From a virus: a stretch of DNA of 64,000 bases. The notes beneath the pieces were generated by a model that saw only the letters and a program-made list of their open reading frames with translations, did not search any database and was not told where the DNA came from. The DNA is taken from the IMG/VR virus record IMGVR_UViG_3300023179_000062, positions 1 to 64,000 of that record; one strand, given 5' to 3'. Positions 1 to 7,466 of this stretch are shown piece by piece. The number at the start of each line of letters is the position of its first letter. Position 1 is the first letter of the stretch. A program made the position numbers and the translations under genes.

Positions 1-333
1 TGATTTATGAAAGATATTTTTCCACTTAGTTATTTTTCCAGAATAACCTAGTTAATTCTAGCTTGTATAAACACCTAGTTTGTATAAAATTATAAATTCA
101 GCCCCTCCCACAATTTTTTTCAACTCAATTATTTTTCCCCATATCCATCAAATTTCTCAATTATGTTTTATTTCATTACTTTTTATTTCATTACTTTTTT
201 AATGTTTCTTTTCTCTTGCTTTTCTGGATGGACTATGCTGGGATTATGGCTACTCTTTTATCTTTGTGATTAGAGCTTGACATTATTTCTCCAAGGTGTA
301 ATATACCCCCTGAACAACCCCCTTGCAAACTAT

Positions 334-531
334 ATGAAACGCCCCGCCTTTACTGAAGCTCAAGAAGAAGCACTTGGAAATGCCATAATCAATCTCTTAG
401 GATTGAAATTTACTAAGGAGCACCCTGATCGTGTGAATACTTCAGGCGGAACTAAAACCGCGCTTGGACTAGGGCGAACCGTGATTTTTGAAATGGAAAA
501 GATTGAAGAAAAGAGTTTGACAACCCCTTGA
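334..531 (+). CDS. hypothetical early protein (65 aa)
   Basis: ATG at 334 preferred, because the TTG start at 277 in the ORF track is the -35 box of a promoter. Confidence 0.65.
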   Translation: MKRPAFTEAQEEALGNAIINLLGLKFTKEHPDRVNTSGGTKTALGLGRTVIFEMEKIEEKSLTTP

Positions 532-549
532 AATAGAGTATAGTATCCT

Positions 550-642
550 ATGACTTACAAACAAGCAAATGTTCTAATCTGTCTTATGGTGATTCCTTGC
601 ATTTACCAAATTTATCAAATTTACAAAATGGCAACTCCCTGA
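550..642 (+). CDS. 30-aa hydrophobic micro-protein (MTYKQANVLICLMVIPCIYQIYQIYKMATP)
   Basis: ATG 5 nt after TATAGT -10 box (539-544); single TM-like stretch. Confidence 0.5.
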   Translation: MTYKQANVLICLMVIPCIYQIYQIYKMATP

Positions 643-793
643 AAAGAGTATTTGACAACCCCCTGAAAAGGGTTATAGTAGGGGACTAGCTATCTAGACG
701 CTCCTACTAAAAAGAAAAAGAAAGACTTTGACAAAGGGCGAGAATGTGGTAACTTGTCCTAAGCAGTGAGAACGGAGAATCTCATAGAGCTAT

Positions 794-848
794 AATTCTA
801 AGGGAACCTAATCAAAATAATAAAAGAAGTGCAGGTTCCCTTAGAATT
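794..848. repeat. Inverted pair of 16-bp motif AATTCTAAGGGAACCT (794-809 +, 833-848 -)
   Basis: Perfect inverted repeat with 23-nt spacer; third copy at 2649-2664. Confidence 0.9.
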
Positions 849-894
849 TACCGGCTGGGAGTGCTTGTTAGCCGTCCTTCGGTGGTGTATGGGT

Positions 895-922
895 ATAATA
901 CACTATGGCTGGCCGTTGTCAA
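895..922 (-). promoter_or_regulatory. Minus-strand sigma70-type promoter
   Basis: Reverse complement reads TTGACA-acggccagccatagtg-TATTAT. Confidence 0.7.
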
Positions 923-1113
923 CAAAAACCTTTTCTATTTCATCTAGGGAAAAACGAATGATTTACCTACGTGTCTCAATAAGAGGTCTTATTGAGAATC
1001 GTGTGAGTTGGCCAAATCAGTTGTTGACTTAACTTATAAAACGGGTATAATGATGCCCCATGAAGAAATCAGTTGTTGACTAATACCAAACAATACACTA
1101 AACTAGCCGTCCT

Positions 1114-1350
1114 ATGAAAAACCTATTCGCCAAATCCCGCACTATCAAAGAACCGAAACCCTCTAAATGGAATTTCAAGCGCAAGCGTGAGCGCAATCTG
1201 CCAAGCGATTACGGCGGCAAGATTACCCGCGCTGCTGGTGGCTTGTATCGTTTCGGCCCCTTCACTGATACGCTTGAAACCCTCAAAGCCTATGCACGCA
1301 CTCTCAAGCTGGAATACCTGAAAATGGGTGCCGTTAGCATCAAACTTTAA
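1114..1350 (+). CDS. small basic hypothetical early protein
   Basis: 78-aa ORF just downstream of promoter 1076-1104; Lys/Arg-rich. Confidence 0.7.
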   Translation: MKNLFAKSRTIKEPKPSKWNFKRKRERNLPSDYGGKITRAAGGLYRFGPFTDTLETLKAYARTLKLEYLKMGAVSIKL

Positions 1351-1356
1351 TCTCAA

Positions 1357-1506
1357 TTGAATGTTTTTGAGAGACTTAATTTAACTTAAAGGTTCAAGCT
1401 TCGCACTAAGAAGAAAGCGGATTACTTGCCAGATATTAAAATAACAGTGTCTTAAACTGTCAATATAGGTGATTACATAGTCCTATAGTCTCTCAAAAGC
1501 ATTCAA
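1357..1506 (+). ncRNA. candidate ~150-nt multibranch structured RNA
   Basis: 20-bp closing stem (1357-1376 with 1487-1506, one U-G wobble) enclosing smaller hairpins (ACAGT/ACTGT, TATAGG/CCTATA); intergenic. Confidence 0.5.
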
Positions 1507-1627
1507 ATTCAAAATTTCTTCCTTGAAACATTCGGGTAAAAAGAGCTTGCAATCGTTTGGAAAGGTGGTAAGGTAAGAACGTTAAGTTAAGGTAACAAAT
1601 AACAAAATCAGTCGAGAATCAAAATCT

Positions 1628-1780
1628 ATGAAAACTGGCATCATTGAACGAATCAGCACGGCAACCAATAAGACAGAGCTTGATGCTCTGGTGACGGAAA
1701 TGGAAGGGTACAAGCATATTGCCCCTGCAACCTTGCGGCGTGGCTATCGCAAAGCAAATGCCATCCTGCGAACGTTCTAA
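1628..1780 (+). CDS. 50-aa hypothetical early protein (MKTGIIERIST...AILRTF)
   Basis: Clean ORF below the track's length cut-off; codon style like neighbours; followed by a hairpin. Confidence 0.6.
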   Translation: MKTGIIERISTATNKTELDALVTEMEGYKHIAPATLRRGYRKANAILRTF

Positions 1781-1807
1781 AACTTTCGGTGTTAGGTGTG
1801 TTGGGTA

Positions 1808-1856
1808 ACGTGGGGAGACTCTAAGGGGAAAGGTAGTACCTTTAGAGTCTCTACGT
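1808..1856 (+). terminator. stem-loop (terminator or RNA element)
   Basis: GAGACTCTAAGG...CCTTTAGAGTCTC inverted repeat downstream of ORF 1628-1780. Confidence 0.5.
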
Positions 1857-1881
1857 GTTCTCTAATTACAATAAAACCATA

Positions 1882-2019
1882 ATGTCTTTCATTTCATTCT
1901 GTCTAGCTCTTACAGCTATTCATATATTGATGCTAGTTTTTCGAGTATGTTCTAAGACTCAACTGGTGGCACAAGCCATTTTAATTTTAATTCTGTTTTT
2001 CTATTTGACAAATAATTGA
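1882..2019 (+). CDS. 45-aa hydrophobic micro-protein
   Basis: MSFISFCLALTAIHILMLVF...AILILILFFYLTNN; two hydrophobic stretches. Confidence 0.4.
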   Translation: MSFISFCLALTAIHILMLVFRVCSKTQLVAQAILILILFFYLTNN

Positions 2020-2072
2020 AATGGGGTATAATGTCGTCGTCAAGGAAACCTTAACTCCGATAGAAAATACCT

Positions 2073-2525
2073 ATGCAAAGCGTCCCGATTATTGAACAGT
2101 TGAGAATCGCAACCCGTAAAGGCAACCGCCTTGCTACTGCGATTGGTGCCATCCTCGGTACCGTTGTCCCCGTCATGGTATATGCTGTGACTCATCATCT
2201 GCCTAAACTCTCATTTATTGATCCAGCATTTTATGTGCTGGCAGTTATGGGAATCGGTGGGTGCTTCTTCTCCCTGAAGTCCGTGATTCAGTGGGGGCAG
2301 TTAGCATTTAATAATGATAAAGCGAAAGCGGTGTCATTTGCGGTGCTGCTAGAAGGCATGCTGGTGATGTCCGGCATGGTAAATGAGTTAGGCTGGTTAG
2401 GCTGGGCCGCACTGGCTTACCTTTGCATGATCAATGCTGTGTCAGCAGGATGCAGTATCGCCATGCAATCCAAGGAATGGACAAGCGAAAAGAGACGTTC
2501 CTTGCCAAAGAAAAGCAAGAAATAA
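2073..2525 (+). CDS. membrane protein, about 4 TM helices
   Basis: 150 aa with four hydrophobic segments; own promoter (2005-2032) and terminator. Confidence 0.8.
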   Translation: MQSVPIIEQLRIATRKGNRLATAIGAILGTVVPVMVYAVTHHLPKLSFIDPAFYVLAVMGIGGCFFSLKSVIQWGQLAFNNDKAKAVSFAVLLEGMLVMSGMVNELGWLGWAALAYLCMINAVSAGCSIAMQSKEWTSEKRRSLPKKSKK

Positions 2526-2537
2526 GGAATAAGAAAT

Positions 2538-2574
2538 AAAAGCGCCTAGTGGTTCATTCCACTAGGCGCTTTTT
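2538..2574 (+). terminator. Rho-independent terminator
   Basis: AGCGCCTAGTGG-ttcatt-CCACTAGGCGCT followed by a T run. Confidence 0.9.
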
Positions 2575-2648
2575 CATATTGACATTAGATCGAATTAGAT
2601 TAGAATAAGCGTACCAAGCAGCGGCACCCTTTGCACCTGTAGATGGTT

Positions 2649-2664
2649 AATTCTAAGGGAACCT
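2649..2664 (+). repeat. third copy of AATTCTAAGGGAACCT
   Basis: Identical to 794-809; 42 nt downstream of -10 box 2601-2606. Confidence 0.9.
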
Positions 2665-2808
2665 ACTCAGGCTCTCTCATATTTGCGACTCAAGAAAAAA
2701 CATTCGTAAAAGAATAAAAGAGCTTGTGCATTCTTCCCTGTATGGTATAATTCCGTTGTCAGCAACTCCGCTGGCACTCACCAAAAACAACGTTAGAATC
2801 CTACTCCT

Positions 2809-3978
2809 ATGTCACACGAAATCATCCAGCCTTATGATCGCACTCTCTCCACCGTCGGCAGTGAATGGCACGGCCTCGCAGAGCAAGTTGAAAAAATCAC
2901 CCCTGAACTCCTGAAAGAGCGCGGCATCTTCTTCCCCATCAAACAGGGAACCGTGCTTAACTCTCTCACTGATGGCGTGAGCTTCCCTGAAGCACTCGCT
3001 GCCGTTACTGCCGCAATCAATGCAGGCGATAATGAAGGCGCAAAACTCGCTCTCGATGCCTTGGGCCTTGCTCAAATCAGCACGCACAAAAACATCATTG
3101 CCGACTTGCGCGGTCTGCGTCCTGACCTTGAAACGGAAGAGTATGCTATGGGCCTTGTCCCTTTGCACGTCACGAAAAAATCCTACGAAGTGATTTCTAA
3201 TGAGCGCGTCTATCAGGTTATCTCTGAAGCGTTCAAAGATTGCCCCATCACTAGCGCGGGAACGCTCCAAGCTCTCCAAGTGTTTTTCATGTCTCTTGAT
3301 ATCGGTGACAATACTCGCAAGGGGCCGCGTGGTGAAACGTTCATGCAAAATCTGAACGCTCTCACCAGTCACAACGGCACGCTTGGAACGCGCTTCTATG
3401 ATTCCTGCGTTCGTATCGTTTGTATGAACACTGTCCGCGCTTCTCTCTCGTCCCGTGGCTTGCTTGATTTCGTGGTTTATCATACTAAGGGCGCTGATGC
3501 CGCTCTGTCTAAGGTTAGCAATGACCTTTCTGCCGTGATGAATGCTCGCAATGAATACTTCAACGGCTTGGAAATCCTCGACACCGTTTCTTGTGATGTG
3601 GCAACGGCTCGTAACTTGTTCCTTGCTTATACGGCACGCATGGCCGAAGAAAAGGGCGCGGATGTTTCCAAATTTGAAATTTCAACGCAAGTTTACAACC
3701 GCGCTGAAGAGATTGGTACGATGTTCGTTCGTGGCAAGGGCAACCGTGGCGCAAATCTCTATGATGCCTATAATGCCCTTACTGAATGTTTCACGCATGG
3801 AGTCGGCGCGGGTAAGACAGCCACGGCAGAAGATAAATTCACTGCTGGCTTGTTCGGAACCGCTGCCGATATCAAAGAGGGCTATCTGTCCTTCCTGCTT
3901 CAACCTGAAGACGTTCGGACAGCACTCAATGAACAAGGTGCCCGCTTGCTCGCCACCTATGCTCAACGCAAAGCATAA
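2809..3978 (+). CDS. DUF932/DUF945-like phage/plasmid protein
   Basis: Motifs WHGL, YEVISN, SHNG...VRIVCMNT, HT, NLYDAYNALTE resemble the DUF932 (TIGR03299-type) family. Confidence 0.8.
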   Translation: MSHEIIQPYDRTLSTVGSEWHGLAEQVEKITPELLKERGIFFPIKQGTVLNSLTDGVSFPEALAAVTAAINAGDNEGAKLALDALGLAQISTHKNIIADLRGLRPDLETEEYAMGLVPLHVTKKSYEVISNERVYQVISEAFKDCPITSAGTLQALQVFFMSLDIGDNTRKGPRGETFMQNLNALTSHNGTLGTRFYDSCVRIVCMNTVRASLSSRGLLDFVVYHTKGADAALSKVSNDLSAVMNARNEYFNGLEILDTVSCDVATARNLFLAYTARMAEEKGADVSKFEISTQVYNRAEEIGTMFVRGKGNRGANLYDAYNALTECFTHGVGAGKTATAEDKFTAGLFGTAADIKEGYLSFLLQPEDVRTALNEQGARLLATYAQRKA

Positions 3979-4007
3979 GCAAATGAGAGGCTAGTCAAAT
4001 GACCTAC

Positions 4008-4040
4008 GAGAGAGGGAGACAATCAAAGTCTCCCTCTCTC
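4008..4040 (+). terminator. stem-loop terminator
   Basis: GAGAGAGGGAGAC-aatcaaa-GTCTCCCTCTCTC (13-bp stem). Confidence 0.75.
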
Positions 4041-4083
4041 CATTTAGAGCTTGCATTCTTTTTCAAATAGCGTATTATTTTGT

Positions 4084-4233
4084 ATGATCTACTCCACCCT
4101 TTCTAACGGCCATCTTATCCCCTGCATGCTTCCTATCGGTTCTATGTACCAAACGCAATGGGGCATGCGTCAGGTTGTCGGACATGTACGCACTGCCCCG
4201 CCCTCCCCTTCTACTGAACCTTATGGCGTTTAG
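4084..4233 (+). CDS. 49-aa hypothetical protein
   Basis: ATG 5 nt after -10 box TATTAT (4073-4078); track start at 4051 is the -35 box. Confidence 0.45.
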   Translation: MIYSTLSNGHLIPCMLPIGSMYQTQWGMRQVVGHVRTAPPSPSTEPYGV

Positions 4234-4288
4234 TCTTTGACAGCTTGCCCTTGCTATGCTATACTGTCGTACACCCCGCACCCCTCCT

Positions 4289-4372
4289 ATGATCTACCTC
4301 GTCTCTTTCCCCGTTGCTCTTACGCTTTTTTTTCCGATTATGATTAAATTCCTTTCATTTGTGATTAATTAG
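4289..4372 (+). CDS. 27-aa hydrophobic micro-protein
   Basis: MIYLVSFPVALTLFFPIMIKFLSFVIN downstream of promoter 4237-4265. Confidence 0.35.
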   Translation: MIYLVSFPVALTLFFPIMIKFLSFVIN

Positions 4373-4379
4373 GTGTAAT

Positions 4380-4700
4380 TACCATAAAGTCGTGGAAAAT
4401 CGGGTATTTCCCCAAAACGGGGGCCACCCCCCTACCCCCGCAAATGCAAATTGATTTTTAATATTATGTATATTACAGTACGTGTCTAATTGATTTTTAA
4501 TATTACAGTAGTGTCTGATTGATTTATTACAATAAATCACATAAATCTCTACATGATAAAAATTTATTTTTTTTTTATTATGAAATTTTGATATTTTCTC
4601 ACACACATAGGGACTTTTTTTATTTTTTATAATTAGTGTGGAAAAAATTTCGGGTACTATATGAATCGGGGGGATATATTATATTATTAATATAAATAAA
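4380..4700. other. non-coding AT-rich region with direct repeats; candidate replication origin or genome junction
   Basis: GC hairpin 4418-4440; AATTGATTTTTAATATTA at 4449-4466 and 4488-4505; TATTACAGTA twice; poly-T tracts; C-rich to G-rich switch. Confidence 0.45.
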
Positions 4701-4705
4701 AAGAT

Positions 4706-5416
4706 ATGGGTTTTTCTAAATTTTTCAACGAGCATTTTATTAAGAAGCCGATAGATTACGATACATGGGATCGTCAATTATTAGATAAGGGATGGGAGCG
4801 GAAGGGTGAGGGATCATTTGGAATTGCTTATGTGCATCCTAATAAGGATTACATTTATAAAATCTTTCGGAATGATCCGGGGTATGATTTCTTTTTAAAG
4901 TTTGCATTACAAAATCAAAAGGACAAGAGTGTTGTTAAGTTGAAGCGGGTTGTTTTGAACAATGCGGCATCTCCTGATGAAAACTATTTGTCGAGTAAGT
5001 CTATTCCGAATGTTATCGTATTGGAGAAGCTTACCCCGTTGCGGGATAAAATCTCAAACTACGATTTGGTGTTTAATGCATCGTTCATAATAATGAAAAG
5101 TTTAGATCAAGTGTACAAAGATGGGATGACATATGAGCAAGCAATTGCGGCTCTCTTGGATTATGCAAAGAAACAATATGCATCGGCATATAAGAATATA
5201 ACTAATCGGAAGGATTATGCATTAAAGGTTTGGCGGCGGATGATTAATTTGCTTCGTTCTCCTATGATGTATAAGTTACCTATTTTCCGTACTATGTATA
5301 ATTTGTTTATATTTAGAAAAGAAAATGGGAGCGAGCGTTATTGGGATTTACACGATGGGAATTTGATGTATCGGGAATCCACCGGGGACATTGTATTAAC
5401 TGATCCGTTTGTTTAA
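4706..5416 (+). CDS. protein kinase-like fold protein (Ser/Thr or APH-like)
   Basis: Gly loop GEGSFGIAY, beta3 Lys (IYK), catalytic DLHDGNLM, DPF; TATAAATA upstream. Confidence 0.8.
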   Translation: MGFSKFFNEHFIKKPIDYDTWDRQLLDKGWERKGEGSFGIAYVHPNKDYIYKIFRNDPGYDFFLKFALQNQKDKSVVKLKRVVLNNAASPDENYLSSKSIPNVIVLEKLTPLRDKISNYDLVFNASFIIMKSLDQVYKDGMTYEQAIAALLDYAKKQYASAYKNITNRKDYALKVWRRMINLLRSPMMYKLPIFRTMYNLFIFRKENGSERYWDLHDGNLMYRESTGDIVLTDPFV

Positions 5417-5455
5417 TTAACTATTCTTATAAATATTGTATATATATATATATAT

Positions 5456-6649
5456 ATGAGATTTAAAGATTTTTTTCAAGAAATGTTCGTGCCTAATAAA
5501 TTATTATTGGAGGTGGATTGGTCTATGTGGCAAGATGTTAACAAAACTTGCATGAGTGCAGAACAGGTTGCAGAGATGTTGAATACTGAATTAAAAAGAG
5601 GTGAACATAATAGAACTGCAAAATCAAAAGATAATAAAAGTCCTAATAAAAATGATCCAAGATTCACCGCAAATACATTAGAAAGAAGTCGGGGAGAAAA
5701 TGGATTCATTGACGTAGAAAAATTTATTAAGGAAATTAATAAATTGCCTGCTACTATTTTTGATGTGGGGGAGAAATCTTCCCACACTATTACAGCGAAT
5801 ATTGTTACAGTGAATACTGGTATTCCTGCATTTCGTGCAATATTATGGGACGAGGAGCAAAAGGAATTTTTTGTAATCAACACTTGTCCGGCGGCATCAA
5901 AGTGCGCATCTTATTGTTATGCAATGCAAGGATATTACATAATCAATGACGGGAAAAATCTCAAGTTGGTTAATCGGTTACAGTTATTATTAAATGATCC
6001 TGTAGCATATGAGAAGCAAGCATATAGAGAATTGGAATCATATGCATGGCATGCAAAGCGCGACGGAAAAACTTTACAAATACGATGGAATGATGCAGGA
6101 GATTTCTTTAGTGACGTTTACATGGGAATTGCAGTAAAGTTACATAAAAAGTTAATTGCAGAAGGATATAATGTTAAAACCTATGCATATAGTAAACTTC
6201 ATAAAATGATTGAAATTGGAAAGTCTTTTGGATTTTCCATGAATTTTTCTACATCTGCAAGAAAAGCAGACGTTAATGCAATTGATTTTGCCACAACAAA
6301 GATTTCTGATATTATTCCAAAAGAAGTTTTCAAAGAGTTTTTCATCTCTAGTGGTAAAGGTTACAAGAAAGATAAAACAGGCAAAACATTATTCAGGAAT
6401 TCGTCTGATAAAGATGCATTCAAAGCCAAGGTTGTTGCATATTATAATAACCAATTACCTATTAAATTGGAAGAGCATCAAAAACAAATGGAAGGAAAAA
6501 TTAGTTTAAAATCATTAATATTCACGGATGAATTACCTTTAGAAGAAGGAGACACATTTAAATATAATGTAATCGTTTTACCGGGGGGAGATAGTGATAT
6601 TTCTGCCCAACGTACAGACGTACATTATACATTACTGTGCATGCATTAA
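5456..6649 (+). CDS. phage gp88-like, radical-SAM-related Fe-S protein
   Basis: TCPAASKCASYCYA Cys cluster, IRWNDAGDF and YAYSK motifs. Confidence 0.7.
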   Translation: MRFKDFFQEMFVPNKLLLEVDWSMWQDVNKTCMSAEQVAEMLNTELKRGEHNRTAKSKDNKSPNKNDPRFTANTLERSRGENGFIDVEKFIKEINKLPATIFDVGEKSSHTITANIVTVNTGIPAFRAILWDEEQKEFFVINTCPAASKCASYCYAMQGYYIINDGKNLKLVNRLQLLLNDPVAYEKQAYRELESYAWHAKRDGKTLQIRWNDAGDFFSDVYMGIAVKLHKKLIAEGYNVKTYAYSKLHKMIEIGKSFGFSMNFSTSARKADVNAIDFATTKISDIIPKEVFKEFFISSGKGYKKDKTGKTLFRNSSDKDAFKAKVVAYYNNQLPIKLEEHQKQMEGKISLKSLIFTDELPLEEGDTFKYNVIVLPGGDSDISAQRTDVHYTLLCMH

Positions 6650-6664
6650 TTTAGTTAATATTAA

Positions 6665-7462
6665 CTATTCCAATCTATTCCATAGAAGAACCTTATATAA
6701 TTCAGGGTCTTTTTGTTTAATAGTATTCAAATTTAATAATTCCCAATTACCATCATTTATTAAAACTATAAATGTTTTAAGTTTAGTTATTTCATTTGGG
6801 CCTAGAACCGTTTCGGCTCTTTCATATCCTGTTTTATCATTCATTCTATAGGATGGATAATCTCCGGTACCTTGATGGGTATCATAGTCGATACCTTTTC
6901 CGGTTTGTTGGCGATGTTTAATGGCATCACGTTTTTCATTTTCTGCGCCAAAATCCTCATACCATTTTACTGCATTAGGGTATTTAGGATATGCAATGGA
7001 TAAATATCCCGCATAATAATTTCCATAAACTTGATGGAGAATAGTTTGAAATGATCGTCCACGGGTTCCTCCGGTATCGGTTGCTTTAGAAAAGGTAATA
7101 GCATTTTTTGGTTGTTTTGCCCAATAGACGGTATCACCGGGAGATTTGGTATCGGTATCTTTTTGAAAAGGGTTTATTGTTTTATGTCCTCTGAATAAAA
7201 CCGGGGTGGATTCCGTCCCCAACTTCTCAGATAATTCATTTAAGTTTTTTGTATAAAAACCATACTTCCTAAATAAATCTTGTAGGCGAGTTTTTACAGA
7301 AGGTAGATCATGTAATTCCGAAGTATCTTGGGGTTGTTGTAACTCCTTGCTTCTACCTAAGTTATATGTTTTCCCGGTATAGTCTTGTAATTGATGGGCA
7401 TATCGAGGTTTACCCACAAATTGTGCCTCAGTTAATAAATTATACAATTCAGAAAATTTCAT
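6665..7462 (-). CDS. hypothetical protein, possible ADP-ribosyltransferase fold
   Basis: LFRG, VYWAKQPKNAITFS and AETVL arranged like ART motifs; leader MKFSELYNLLTEA. Confidence 0.45.
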   Translation of the reverse strand: MKFSELYNLLTEAQFVGKPRYAHQLQDYTGKTYNLGRSKELQQPQDTSELHDLPSVKTRLQDLFRKYGFYTKNLNELSEKLGTESTPVLFRGHKTINPFQKDTDTKSPGDTVYWAKQPKNAITFSKATDTGGTRGRSFQTILHQVYGNYYAGYLSIAYPKYPNAVKWYEDFGAENEKRDAIKHRQQTGKGIDYDTHQGTGDYPSYRMNDKTGYERAETVLGPNEITKLKTFIVLINDGNWELLNLNTIKQKDPELYKVLLWNRLE

Positions 7463-7466
7463 AGTG

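Larger units (their letters stand above)
277..4265 (+). promoter_or_regulatory. Array of sigma70-type early promoters (-35 boxes at 277, 517, 652, 728, 1024, 1076, 2005, 2579, 2724, 4051, 4237)
   Basis: TTGACA or close variant, 16-17 nt spacer, then TATAAT/TATAGT/TAGAAT/TATACT; e.g. TTGACA 2005-2010 with TATAAT 2027-2032; TTGACT 1024-1029 with TATAAT 1046-1051; TTGACA 4237-4242 with TATACT 4260-4265. Confidence 0.8.

Noticed and set aside
166-195. 15-bp tandem duplication TTTTATTTCATTACT
   Set aside because: Two low-complexity copies in an AT-rich stretch, with no supporting context.
829-1032. 67-aa ORF in the track
   Set aside because: It overlaps the repeat and two promoters and has no clear start context; probably non-coding.
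794-2664. CRISPR array built from the 16-bp repeats
   Set aside because: Only three dispersed copies, one inverted, without regular repeat-spacer periodicity, and no cas genes in the window.
2812-3994. Antisense and alternate-frame ORFs over the DUF932-like gene (and similar ones over gp23, gp18 and others)
   Set aside because: Shadow ORFs caused by codon bias of the real gene; no motifs or promoters.
4379-4606. 75-aa minus-strand ORF
   Set aside because: Its repeated YCNI peptides merely reflect the DNA repeats of the putative origin region.
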